The notes below the pieces were generated by a model. The model ran no database searches and was not told the DNA's origin. It saw nothing but the letters and a program-made list of their open reading frames with translations. A stretch of DNA of 64,000 nucleotides, taken from Novakomyces olei (Eukaryota). This document shows, in pieces, positions 40,533 to 53,390 of the stretch; the stretch's first letter is position 1, and every line of letters starts with the position of its first letter. The translations under genes were made by a program, and so were the position numbers. The stretch spans positions 1,116,001-1,180,000 of the forward strand of contig JADEYG010000012.1 in NCBI GenBank assembly GCA_016906335.1, written 5' to 3'.

Positions 40533-40684
40533 GAATAAATGAATAAATGAATAAATGAATAAATGAATAAATGAATAAATGAATAAATGAATAAATGAAT
40601 AAATGAATAAATGAATAAATGAATAAATGAATAAATGAATAAATGAATAAATGAATAAATGAATAAATGAATAAATGAATAAAT
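40533..40684 (+). repeat. Perfect (GAATAAAT)19 tandem repeat upstream of TAF11
   Basis: 152 nt of perfect 8-mer. Confidence 0.97.
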
Positions 40685-40742
40685 AACAAATAATATATAA
40701 TATATAATAAATGAAAATACGGTTTACAATTACAGCAGCAAG

Positions 40743-41680
40743 ATGCCGCGTGCAGACAAGGCAGCCAATGGTCCCGCTAAACGAGGCAAAGGACGGCCAC
40801 GTGGATCCGGGCGCAGTCAAATGACGGTAATGGTTCAGAGGCAGCAGCAGCAGCAGCAGCCTACTCAGCAACAACAGCATGCTATGCAGATATTGAACCA
40901 GCATCAGCAGCAGCAAGCGCAACAACAAAATGCGCGCGACATTAGCCGAGGAGGCTCGCCTTTCCGTGCACCTTCAAGTCGTATGGGCACTCCCGTAGAA
41001 GGCTCAGGAGAAGGAGGGGATTATACTCAGGAAGGTGGAGCCAATGGAGCCAGTGGAGGCGGAGGCGGAGGAGAGGGTGAAGAAGACGATGAGCAGGACG
41101 ATTTTGGAACGGCTGCGGTGACAGACAGACGATCTGCGCTGGCAACAAATGACGAGAAGGAAAGATTAAAGTATGACAGTTTTAATTAGTGAGAGGGAAT
41201 AAGAAACCCGAAGCAACTGATAAATTCTAATTATTTCTAGGTTATTGCTGGAATCGTTTGATGCGGATCAAATGCAACGTTACGAAGTCTTTCGTCGAGC
41301 AAACTTGAACAAATCAAGCGTAAAACGTGTAAGTGATTACTCGCTTTGCGTGCACTAACGCCCAGTTGGCAAACCAGATCTTGAACCAAAGTATAAGCCC
41401 CAACGTGGCTATCGTTATTGCGGGCTTTGGAAAGATATTCGTTGGGGATATTGTCGAGCTGGGTAGGGAGGATTTTTATTCAAAGAGTTTGGAAATATTT
41501 GAAGATTAGCTTGCTCTCGTATTACTCATGATTACTAACGGTACAGCAAAAGAGGCACAGGCTGATGCTGGAGATAGTGGCCCATTGTCGCCTGATCATC
41601 TGCGAGAAGCGTACCGCAGATACAAAGCCAGAAAGCCCATCCCGCAGCAACAAAGATTCAACACGAAATGGCTTTTCTAG
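40743..41680 (+). CDS. TAF11: TFIID subunit 11; introns 41171-41240, 41329-41365, 41463-41546
   Basis: [66 protein letters not shown] histone fold; Q-rich N-terminus. Confidence 0.93.
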
Positions 41681-41826
41681 ACTAGGGATAAAAGACAATA
41701 GAAAAAGAGCGACGTAGACGGGAGTATTCAAGCTGGTCGGAGTGGGGGTATTCATAAATGCTTCATGAACAAAGCTTGGCCCTTCTGGTCCGAGCGATAT
41801 ATCTATATAACTCGTCCAGTTACTTT

Positions 41827-43187
41827 TCAGAAATAATGGCCCTGCCCAGAGTACTTCACAGGTTCAGCTGTGTCTGACCGAAAGAATGCTGATGGACTAA
41901 AAGGTTTTGCACTGCAAAGTTCTCGGCCACTCGGAAATTTATTCAACAATTCTTCCCGTGAAGGATATGACTGGAAAGTCACCGTTCTATTTGTATGTTC
42001 CCATTGACCAGCAAGGGTCAGTGCCTCCTTTACTGTCTCGCGGACATAGTCCAAGTCAGACTGCTGTTTTAATTTAGGGCAAACTTCAACAGCAATTTTT
42101 CCATAGACTGAAGCAGCACCATAATTTCCGGCTTTCGCTTCCGATTGGCCTAGAAAAAGACAGGCTCGACAATAGCACGACTCACGAAGGGCTATTGTTG
42201 ATTTGGACAAACGGCTAGACAAGTCTGAACTTTTTGCGGAGGCTAGAAGGCCGTGAGCAGAAGAATACATATCTCTACTGGAAAGCGAGATGCGGCACAG
42301 TAAAGATGGAAGACCGTTGCCTCTCGTCTCGCGCGTGACTGCTGTTTGTTGAGCACCAGCAAGGCTTATTAGCGCGAGTGCTTGTAACACAGAAGGCGAT
42401 AGATCAACTGGGCCCTTTGGGAATTTCGCGCTGTATGCCTGCGAGATATGGCGAAATATTCCAGCCACACGACAAAGTGTATTTGTCGCCTGCCAATAGT
42501 TAGAAATGTGTATAAATCGCAGTTTTGAGATCAAAAGAATCTGTCAAATGGAAAGGATTGAAGGATTATTCTAATAGGATAAACTAAATTAAATAGAGAT
42601 AAGAAGGTAAAGCCAAAGCAAACTACCAGGTTAAGCTGTGAAACGCTGGCAGCGTCAGTAATGAGGGAAATTGACCAGTTGTTCAGACAGTATGCGTAGG
42701 CGAGCAACGTGTTTGCGATTTCAAATTCTATGCCTTTTTCTTCAATCCGAGGCTGAACTCTTGTGGTTGTTTCCGTAAGAACACAGCGCCAAGAGGTTTC
42801 TGATTGATGATTAATAAGAAAATATGAATACAAAAATAAAGCTCTGGTTTGATCATACTAATTGAGCCAAGCTTGTCCCCGTATAGCTTTTCGATTTCAA
42901 ATAGAGGAGGGATGTACTCCTCTAAACTCTGACGATCATTAGCCTCTATTCCATGACTTTGAACTATCTAGAAACATGACAAAAAAACTTTGGCCAACAT
43001 TCAGACTTACATGAGCAGCTTCCAAATAATTCTTTTGATTTGACCGTTTCAGTGTCTTGAGACGATCACGTACACGTCCACGCGTCATCGATGCCGCCGC
43101 CAGTAAAGGCGCGTGTTGTTCGTCATAATTAATTTGGCGCAGCCATTCAAAGGCGCCTGTCGTAGGCGCGTCAAATACAAGCGCCAT
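41827..43187 (-). CDS. palC: PalC-like BRO1-domain pH-response protein; introns 42929-43010, 42800-42858, 42490-42626
   Basis: N-terminal FDAPTT, LEEYIPPL, TSWRCVL, FEIANTLLAYA, NRTVTFQ..FPSGR and C-terminal YSGQGHYF. Confidence 0.78.
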
Positions 43188-43384
43188 TACCGATATTCAT
43201 CACACGTCCAATGAAAAGATTTGCGTTCAATTCGGGAGAGACTCGTGACTATTCTACTATTCCCGTAATTTTCTCGGCAGATATGGGGACCTTAACCTCA
43301 CATGTGAGATTAGCTAAGTGTATAGTGGAAAGGTACGTGATTAGATAAGGTCGGTCGATTGACAAAGCAAAAAAAGAGATTATC

Positions 43385-43397
43385 AGGGTTAGGGTTT
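43385..43397 (+). promoter_or_regulatory. Telobox-like element in the PalC/XRN1 divergent promoter
   Basis: AGGGTTAGGGTTT. Confidence 0.5.
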
Positions 43398-43752
43398 ACA
43401 GGTTTATTCAGACAGTAGAATTATTCTGCCAGGAGCGGCGCCTCGATGGCAGAGCAAGTATTCTCGTATCTGACACATATCGAAAAGCCAACCAGCAATT
43501 TAGCAATTTCCGTCCATCGAAAACCTGGACCGGCGACTAAGATTCTGTTTGGATGGACAAAGTACCGTGCTAAGATGGATTTATAGTATATTCACTAGAA
43601 AATAATCAAATTATAGATAAAAAATCACTGCTATTATTTCGTGGGTTAATAGCAGAGCAAGGTTTATAATTTTATAATAGCCAACGGGAAACAGGAGGTA
43701 TTATACCATACGATCGCATGGTGCAGCGATACTAACGACACAGCGAAACAAG

Positions 43753-46700
43753 ATGGGGATTCCAAAAGTAGGTTTTAGGCATCATTTTATCATCTGTGAT
43801 TTTAACGAATACAGTTTTTTCGATGGATAAGCGAACGCTATCCCCTAATCTCGCAAGTGATCCAGGACAATCGAATTCCAGAGTGAGTTGCCCCGACTGA
43901 GTTATGATTTGCGCTAACGCTTCCTCCTTTTCTGTGGTAAACAGATTCGATAACCTGTACCTTGACATGAATGGGATCATTCACAATTGTACTCACAAGG
44001 AAGACCATACTTTGGCCGCGCTGCCGCGAAATGAAATGTACATTGCTATATTCAACTACATTGAACATCTCTTTGTCAAGATCAAGCCTCAGAAAGTCTT
44101 CTTTATGGCTGTGGACGGTGTGGCACCGAGAGCCAAAATGAACCAGCAACGTTCGCGACGATTCCGTACTGCCAAAGATGCACATGATGCTCGTGCAAGG
44201 GCGGTCGCCAAGGGCGAAGAGCTTCCACAAGAGGATCCGTTTGATAGCAACTGCATCACGCCCGGTACAGAGTTCATGGTTGAGCTGTCGAAGCAGCTGC
44301 ATTACTTTATCAATAAAAAGGTCAGTGAAGATTCGGACTGGCGCGGAGTACAAGTTATTTTCTCTGGTCACGAGGTCCCCGGAGAGGGTGAACATAAGGT
44401 AGCTGAGTTTATTCGTACGCAAAAGGCGCTTGAGGGATACAATCCAAACACTCGGCATTGCTTGTACGGTCTGGATGCGGATCTGATAATGTTGGGTCTT
44501 CTTTCACACGACCCGCATTTTTGCTTATTGCGCGAGGAAGTAAACTTTGGGCCCACAAGCAGCCAAAAGAAAAGCAAAGAATTAGAGCAGCAAAAATTCT
44601 ATCTCATGCATTTGTCATTATTACGAGAGTACTTGGAGCTTGAGTTTGAGTCTTTGCGGGGCGCAATGTCGTTTGAATATGACTTTGAGCGGATAATTGA
44701 TGACTTTATTCTATTGGCCTTTTTTGTTGGCAATGACTTTTTACCCAATTTGCCAAACTTGCACATAAACGAGGGTGCTCTGGCACTGATGTTTAACACT
44801 TACAAGCATTGTTTACCCGAGTTGGATGGGTACATTAATGAAAGGGGCACTATAAATTTTGCCAGATTGTCTAGGATTTTAAAAGACATGGAGGGATATG
44901 AGCGAGAAATCTTTGAACGACAAAGCGAGGATCTTTTGTGGTTTGAAGGAAAGCAGAATGCTTTTGTGGATGCTATGGAACACGCAAGGTCTAAAAACAG
45001 GCTGGTGGTAACGCTTAAACAGAGGCAGATTTTCGAAAAATTGCGAGATTTTATAAACAATGAGAAGGAGGGCGTCGAGTTCCCACAGGACGAGCTTTCA
45101 GTGGCGGACGAACGGTTCCTGCAAAGTCTCGTATCTGCTCTGCACCTGGTTTATGTAAAACAGGGCACAGTAGGCTCAGAATCTTACCCTGTCTATTACG
45201 TTGCCAAACCTATTGAATGGGACGATGAGGAGGAAAGTGAAAGTTCAGACAAGGAGCAAGAAAAAGAAGAGGAAGAAGAGCATTTGGAGATTGTACGAGT
45301 TCTACAAAAGTATGATTCTGCCCCTGTGATGGACGTGGATACAAGCGCAAATTTTGAAGAGCAAACGGAAAAGCTGTACAATGAAGCATTTGATTCTTGG
45401 AAGGACAAGTATTATTCGGAAAAGGTCCACTTCTCCTATTTTGAGAGCGATAAGCTCGAGAACATGGCGGAAAATTATTGTGAGGGTCTTCAGTGGGTTT
45501 TGTACTATTATTACCGTGGCTGCCCTTCTTGGGGCTGGTTTTACAAGTACCACTACGCCCCACTTGTCTCGGATGTGAGAAAGGGAATAAAGGAAAAGTT
45601 TGAGTTTGAACAAGGAATGCCCTTCCGTCCCTTTGATCAGCTGATGGGAGTCCTTCCGGAGAGGAGCAAACAGCTTGTTCCGCCCGGCCTAAGAAGCCTG
45701 ATGACAGAAGAAAATTCAATTATTAAAGACTTTTATCCTGAGGATTTCCCGCTTGATATGAATGGCAAAAAACAGGCTTGGGAGGCAGTTGTATTGATCC
45801 CCTTCATCGACGAACATAGGCTGCTAGACGCTATAAACAAGAATTATTTCAAGCTTACAGCGGAGGAGAAAGCACGGAATACCTTTGGACACGATATAGT
45901 GTTCAAGTACGATCCGGATGTGGAGTACATGTACGCCTCATCGTTTCCTTCTGTCTTTCCTGATTTTCCGAGCAAATGCCGGGCAGAGATTTATTTCCTG
46001 CCTCAAGTTTCTCCAGAAGATTTACTGGTTGGGCTGTGCAGAGATGTAATGCTGGGCAAGGACAGTTTGGCCGGGTTCCCCTCGCTTCGAAGCCTGCCCT
46101 TTGCTGCACAAATGGGTATGAGCAAAGTCAATGTCTTTGGCCAGGAAAGCCGCAACGAGTCCATGTGCCTGGCTATAATAAACCATTTCGAAGGCCAATC
46201 ATTAGAGGCAGTCGTCGAGCGACTTTTGGGCAATCCAATTTACGTCAATTGGCCTTATCCGCGCGAGGCAAAAGTAGTATCTGCAATGTCTGACGCTATG
46301 GTTTTCGCTATCGATGAAAAAAGGGGTCAATTGCAGACAAGTAATAGCAAAGTTGACGATATCAAACAGTTTCAAAAAGCTAAAAATGAGCTGGAGGCCT
46401 TTTACAATAAAAACGGAGTGTCTGTTGGTGAAATTGAAGTTGTTGTTACTGTGGCGCCTTTGAAGGGTCTGCGACAGACTGATGAAGGCGCATTTTTAAA
46501 GGATTTTTCTGATACCCAATCGCTGTCGCCACTTCAGCTTGTAATTACTGATGAGTTGAACGAGGATGCGCGGTACAAGGAACGAGCGGCTATGCCTATA
46601 GCCGACGAGTTTCCCGCAGGCACAAACGGCTTTTTCCTCGGTGATTTTAATTACGGACGGCCCCTGCAAGTCATTGGCCATGTTGACAATTCAAAGCTGG

Positions 46701-48037
46701 ATATTTGGCTGTTGACTTTGCCTCATAAGATCCCGGAGTTTGGCAGAGAGTTTGTTCGGCGCAGGGAGGAGATGTTTAAATACTATCCTTCCCCCGTTGT
46801 TGCGAAAATGACGGGTGTACCTGCTCTGCCATTGAGCAAATTAATGTCGAGCATGAGTGTAGCTTTTGGGCCAAAGGGCCATATCAATGCCGGCCTGAAC
46901 TTGAAGTTCGAGTCTCGAAAGCAAAAAGTGATTGGCTACTCCCGGAAGAATAGCTATGGCTGGGAATATAGTGCTGACGCTGTTCGTCTCGTAGCCGATT
47001 ATCGTGCAAAGTTTCCAGAGTTTATTGATTATATTTGCAAAAACCCGACAAAAGGTGAGGAAAAATAATTCCAAAAATGAGACAAGGCAATTATACAATT
47101 TTGAATTGAATTGGAACGTTATTGAGACTGTTACATTATAATGCCTATGATACTAACTGCCCTAGACATTTACTCGCTGGACGATATTTACGGGACCAGT
47201 GCTCTGCTCAAGAGTATCGAAATAAAAGGCTGGCTTGCGGACAAGAAGATTGGCGCCCTTGAGCGGGTAGCGATCGACTGTGAAGCTCTAAGCGCCGAAG
47301 CAGTCAAGCACTTGGAGCATGTAACGGACCAGTATCTGTCGAAAACACCCGCACTAGTCCCGAAACGACTTCATGGTGTTCCTCGCAAGGCAGTATTGAA
47401 ACCGGAAAACGCAGAGAGCCGATTGAAAAACCAAAATTTCAGTCTGGGAGACAGGGTCGTTTACGGACTGAGTGCGGGTAAAGTCCCCATTGCCACTACT
47501 GGCACAGTTGTTTCTGTGACTACCGAATTTATTGATGTTTTATTCGATAATACGTTTATGAGCGGCACTACTTTGAACGAGAGATGCTCACCCTATCGTG
47601 GGCTTTCCGTCGCACGATCAGCCTTGCTGAACTTGACAAACCCTCAAGTAATCGCTCACTCAAAGGCCAGTCAGACGAGACGTCCTCAAACTGCGTCTCA
47701 TGTGGCCCACTCTCCTCAGCCAAAGAGAGTTAGTGCCTGGGCGACTCCGGTCCATGCCAAACAGGAGCAGGGACATCCAGAATTCCATCATGTACCTCCG
47801 CCCAATTCACTTCAAGCCACCCGTGGTCGTGGAAGAGCGCGTGGGCGTGGCAGTGGATTCACCAACGGTCAACGCGCAAACTACGATAGCCTCAAACATC
47901 CAAATTCATATGTTAACCCTAACCCTAAATTCAATCAAAATCGCGATGCGACGGCGCCGAGAGGTGAACGAGGCGGCCGAGGCGGCCGTGGAGCTCCACG
48001 AACACGCCGACCAGCGGGCAGTGCGACGACAGATTAA
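43753..48037 (+). CDS. XRN1: 5'-3' exoribonuclease 1; introns 43768-43814, 43883-43944, 47055-47165
   Basis: MGIPK|FFRWISERYP..PE|FDNLYLDMNGIIH, DGVAPRAKMNQQRSRRF, PGEGEHK and GNDFLP; RGG-rich tail. Confidence 0.96.
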
Positions 48038-48111
48038 AAACGTCCACACAAACAGAGGAAAAAGACTATTCAAATGTACTTTAACATGATTTTAATGTGA
48101 AACAAGCAAAC

Positions 48112-48606
48112 CTAAATTAAACCCGTACCCCCGTCGTTAGATTGACCAACTTTTTCCCTAAGCAGCTCATACTGCTCCCTGTAATAGTTACGCTCTGACT
48201 CTAATCCCTTTGAGCGAGCCATAGTTTCTTCAAGCGCCCGAGTAAGATTACGGACGCTTTGCAGAGCGTGTAAGAGGGCCGAATCAGATGCATTTTGACT
48301 AATTGCCGAAGGAGGCGAGTGCATATTTAACCGTTTTCGCTGCGTTGATTCTTGGTTAGCGATTTGCTTTTCTTCCGCCCTGGCTTCATGATCAATCCGC
48401 CTTTTCCGGATCGGCTGCGGTGGCGGAGAAGAAGGCCAGGCTAGTTCCTCTTCCTCGCTTTTTGTCCGTAATTTTCTGCCCCGTGATAAAGTCGGTGTTG
48501 GAGAATCAGGATCACCGATTTCCGGACCATCAGACGCGGGCGATGACAGTTTGGGCGGACTGCTTAGCCGCACGGAAATAGAAGAAGGCGGCGTACGAAG
48601 CTTCAT
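48112..48606 (-). CDS. Hypothetical Ser/Pro-rich protein with C-terminal coiled coil
   Basis: 164-aa ATG ORF filling the gap between XRN1 and TPP2, with coding-like GC content; no family recognised. Confidence 0.65.
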   Translation of the reverse strand: MKLRTPPSSISVRLSSPPKLSSPASDGPEIGDPDSPTPTLSRGRKLRTKSEEEELAWPSSPPPQPIRKRRIDHEARAEEKQIANQESTQRKRLNMHSPPSAISQNASDSALLHALQSVRNLTRALEETMARSKGLESERNYYREQYELLREKVGQSNDGGTGLI

Positions 48607-48739
48607 GATCGATGAGTGGACGCAAGTTTGCCGTACATTGACTGGCGTTACGCGACTAATTAATTATTACGCGAGGCACGTGACCAGATAAAGGGGAGAA
48701 TCACGCATAATGAGCAAGTAAGACAATATGCCGAAAATA

Positions 48740-48759
48740 AAACCCTAACTAACCCTAAA
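48740..48759 (-). promoter_or_regulatory. Double telobox-like element in the hypothetical-gene/TPP2 divergent promoter
   Basis: AAACCCTAACTAACCCTAAA on the + strand. Confidence 0.5.
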
Positions 48760-48872
48760 GAATAAAAAACCACGCATGATCGACCACGATTTATTGTATA
48801 TTATTTTATGTACGTAATACGGTAAGTCAAAGTATACACGATTACAAGAGGCGTCCTGATTTCGCGCGGTCG

Positions 48873-51800
48873 ATGCTGAGGACGATTTTCCGATTGCCGT
48901 CAAAGAGTTTAGGAGCAATAAAGACGACAATTCGCGCACCCGTTACTGCCACAGGGATGAGACTGGCAAGTTCAGCTCCGCAGCCGTTCCCGCTGGATGG
49001 AATGGTGCCGAAGCATGTAAGATTTATGAGTCTTTTCTGGTTCCGTCTAACAATGAATTATAACAGGAAACACAAGCGGCGCAATTTTTAAAGGCCAATT
49101 CTATGTATGATGGAAGAGGTGTAAAGGTAGCGGTGCTTGATACAGGCGTTGATCCTCGTGCGCCTGGTCTGAGCGAAACGACTGATGGGAAACCTAAAGT
49201 AATCGAGGTCATTGATTGCAATGGTATTTGTGCCTTTTGTCTAATCTCGATTTTGGCGCTTTTGAGATTTTAATGCCATTAGCTGTTTAATATTTTGGCT
49301 ATCCCCTATGCTTTTTAATTTCGCGTCTGTGTTTGTACCCTGTACGATGCTAATGGGAAGGATCGGGAGACGTAAGCATGTCTAAAATCGAGTCGGCCAA
49401 AGTCGAGTCCGGCATTCCTGTCGTCAAAGGCTTGAGCGGCCGCGAATTAAAGCTGAATCCACAGTGGAAAAATCCTGATGGTAAATGGCGTGTTGGTTTG
49501 AAGAGACAATGGGACCTGTTTCCAGACGAACTGGTGGAGAGAATTAAACGTGTAAGCCTTTTTCCTCTTTATTATTTGATCTTGGCACTTTTATTTTGTT
49601 AAAATGTCGCACTTTTATTATCAAATCTGGTAGCCTGTTTTCTTATACCAGCCATTTATCTTTACAAGATAATTCGTTAAAATTACAATGTTAACCGCAT
49701 CTTATCAATCTTTCCTGTTGAATGCCCATTTTAATCAACAGGAACGAAGCAAAGAATTTGACAACGAGTACGGGCTATTGGTGTCCAAGGCACTTAACGA
49801 CATTTCACGCTTTGAACAAGACCACCCCGGCTCTCCCTCTGATCTTTCGCAAGACGATTTGTTAAAACGAGACGATTTACGCAAGCGCCAAGAGAGTCTG
49901 GAAAAGCTGCGATCAGAGTTCGCGGATATTGGACCCGTAATGGACTGTGTTTCTTGGTTTGATGGGGAGAAATTCGTAGCTGTAATCGACAAGGCCGGGA
50001 CAGGCTCGGGCATTGCTGATTACAAGCCAATGGCGGCCTATAGCCGAGCACAGGAAACCGACTACTTTTCCGATGCAGATTTGCTAACTTATTCGTACAA
50101 CTTTTACGATAAAGGCGATATCCTATCAATCGTCACTGTATGCGGCTCCCATGGAACTCATGTAGCCGGAATCATAGGCGCAAATTTCAAAGACCAGCCA
50201 GAGCTAAATGGCTCTGCGCCCGGCTGCCAAATAATATCGTTGAAAATAGGAGACTCGCGTCTATCTGGGATGGAGACGGGCCAGGGCATGATCCGAGCGT
50301 GCAGGGCTCTAATTGACCTTGATGTGGATATTGCCAATATATCATTTGGCGAGGACCCGGCTGTCCCTAACCGTGGTCAAATAATTCAGGCATTGAAAGA
50401 AGCGGTCTTTGAAAAGAATGTAACAGTCGTCTCGTCAGCTGGCAACGAGGGAGCCATTTTGTCCTCTGTAGGTGCTCCTGGAGGCACAACGAACGGCATT
50501 ATATCCGTTGGCGCCTACGTCACAAGTGCAATGATGAAGGCAGAGTACTCTATGATTGAAAATACGCCAGACTCCTCATTTACCTGGTCCTCTAGAGGTC
50601 CGACAGTAGACGGAGCCGTTGGCGTCTCTATTTATTCGCCTGGTGCAGCAATTACGAGTGTCCCCCTCTACAGTTTACAGCACACTCAGCTCATGAACGG
50701 GACTTCAATGAGCTCTCCGTGTGCCTGTGGAGGCATTGCCCTGATAATTTCAGCATTAAAACAGCAATCAATTGCTTATTCTCCTCACCGATTGCACAAG
50801 GCAGTTGTGCACACGGGCAAGAGCGTAAACGACCCGTTTCGTGTGCCAATGCTGCAAGTGGAAGAGGCTTACAAGCACCTTGTTCAATTTAGAGAGGCAC
50901 TTGACCAGGACTGCTTCTTTTCTGTAACGACAGGCCCCAGCAGCGATAGCGCTTCTGCCCGGGGCGTCTACCTTCGCCAGGCGCACGAGTTTGAATCAGC
51001 AACGGTAACAAAATCAGTCAATGTCAAACCACAGCTGCCAGAGAAACTGACGGCAATTAAACCACAGATTGATCTGCGGCTGCGGCTTGTACCCTCAGAG
51101 TCCTGGATCGAGTGCCCTCAGGTTCTGGTGCTCGGGTATGGAGGCAGATCGTTTGATGTGAAGATCGATACTGCGCATACTGCTCCAGGCGATATCGCTT
51201 TTGCTGCTGTTGATGCCTTTATTGAAGGGGAGGAAAATGGCTCTCGACGAGTGTTTTCTGTCCCGATTACGGTTGCGAGGCCGATAGTTCCGCAAGCGCA
51301 AGCGGTCACTTATTCCCTGCCGATGAAAGCGAGCAGTATCGGCCGCAAGTTTGTTCATGTTCCGGCTGGATGTAATGCAGTTACAATAGAAGTAGAATCG
51401 AGCGGCCACAGTGGCAATCCTATCCGCTCCATGATCCAAACGTGCCAGCCACTGGCGCAGTACAGACGGTCGTGGACGAGTTCCACAGCTGTGACTTTTC
51501 TCGTAGACGGAGAGCTGTTTAGTAAGCGTATCAAAGTAGTGGCAAACAAGTCTCTCGAGGTCTGTGTCTCTCAGTGGTGGGCAGCGGCAGGAACGATGCA
51601 GGCGGCAGTCAAGCTCAAGTTTCATGGCGCCTCTTTGGATTTATCTGCTACAAACCTGAACTTTGTTGCCGGCCAACTGCCTCGAGTCACAGTACAGAGC
51701 TTTTCCGGGACAGAAAAGTTTAAGCCCGTGTGCACTTTTGACCGCAGCACCGATCTGCTTAGGCCGTCGAGTGCCAAAGTTGGTGACTTGGGGGAAAGAG

Positions 51801-52996
51801 ACGTTACAGTACAGGGAAAGACGCTGTTTGCCCTTTGTTTGCAGTACAAATTTGCCGTTGATTCGGCAGAGCAGGACGTGGAAATTGCCCTCCCCTTTTC
51901 CAAATTTATATACGACAACGGCCTCTACTCTGTCCTGCTGCGTGTAGCCAATCTGCACGGGCAGACTGTGAAGTTTGGTGACGCTTACCCGAAGCGATGG
52001 ACACTTACACGAGGCAGTTATACGGCCCACGTGCAATTGGTCTATGACTCTGCTACCAAGTTGGAAGCCCTAAAGACAACGACACTGACACTCACTCGGG
52101 TCCTAAAGGCAGGCGACGAAATTGTACTGTCTGCTTATACTGACCATGTTGCGGCAGTCACGAGCAGTAAGCCAATGCCGGCTTTTGCCCTGCGCCGAGG
52201 CGAGTCTCGCAGTATTGTCTTCAATACCGACTTGGCGAAAACGCCAGCGTCAGTGCTGAAGGGCACACTGAAGCTGGAAGAGGGCAATGGCAATTGCGGT
52301 AGCCACTATGAGACCACTTTTACCAGTGCTTCTAAAGCCAGGGACCTTGATTCTTGCGAGCCCGGTGAGGGCGAGGAGGAGCCACCGAGCCTGCTTTCTT
52401 TGCAAATCGGGATCATTGCGAGTATATCAGACAAGGAGGAAAAAGCACAGTTCTTGCAGGCTCTGCTACAAAAGTACCCAGACTCGGTTGCGCTTTTGCA
52501 AACTGCCCTGGCCGAGGCTGAGAGCGGTGAGGAAAAGACCCGGTTTGCTCATTCTATCGTGGAAAAAGTGGACATGAGTGCCGTTGAGCAGTATCTGGGA
52601 CAGAAGCCAGCGGAGTACGCTGACAAGGCAGAGCGGGCGAAGCGTAGAGAAATCGAAAAGCTTAAAGAAGCCCTGCTAGCGGCGCTAAGGCACCTTGCAC
52701 TTGTGGGTGAAGGCGAGTACTGGGAAGCTTTGCGGCGATTGGAAGACCCTCTCGACAGTTCAAAGGCGGCTTTGGCTACGATGCGGGTTTACGCAGGACG
52801 CAACTTGCACGGACTGGCACTTGCGCTCGCTATTAAATATGCAGAAAAGGATCTGGGTGCGAAAGACGAAAAGGACGAGGAGGCAGTACGCCAGATTCGG
52901 TCCGAGTGTCTCTCCTCACTGGGGTGGGACCTTTTGGCTCAGAGGGAAAAGGCTGCGGATTTGTTGAAGACGCCTCCGTATACTGCATTATTCTAG
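48873..52996 (+). CDS. TPP2: Tripeptidyl peptidase II (subtilase S8); introns 49017-49066, 49224-49360, 49552-49741
   Basis: [12 protein letters not shown], catalytic [14 protein letters not shown] and [14 protein letters not shown] and WSSRGP. Confidence 0.94.
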
Positions 52997-53390
52997 AACA
53001 ACATCATAGTAAAGTCTACAATAAAACAAATACACAGGATGGATAAATCTATAAAACAAATATATAAAATTAACGGTACCATAATTGAAATCGATCAATC
53101 TACTTGGTCTAGCTGATAAGCCGACATAAAATATAATAATTATTCTATTCAGTCGAGCACAGATGGATTTTGATAGCGACATTGCCAGTGTATCATGTTG
53201 TTATTATACTGTTTTGTTGCGCTATCCAAAACAAAACTTGCAAAATAAATATTCAACTCGAACAAATCAAAACAATAAATTCATGTAAATTCGTGTAAAC
53301 CTAATCAGGGCGGCACAATCACTATATACAGATTACAACAGATATCAGCATCAATCTGGAACTCGCAGTAATATCCCGAAAATAATGGCT

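Noticed and set aside
40468-40928. Minus-strand ORFs of FIHLFIYS repeats
   Set aside because: Translation artefact of the 8-mer repeat, and the longer ORF overlaps TAF11 in antisense.
43945-44500. Alternative CUG decoding
   Set aside because: CTG encodes invariant Leu in XRN1 (FDNLYLD, YGLDADL), consistent with the standard code.
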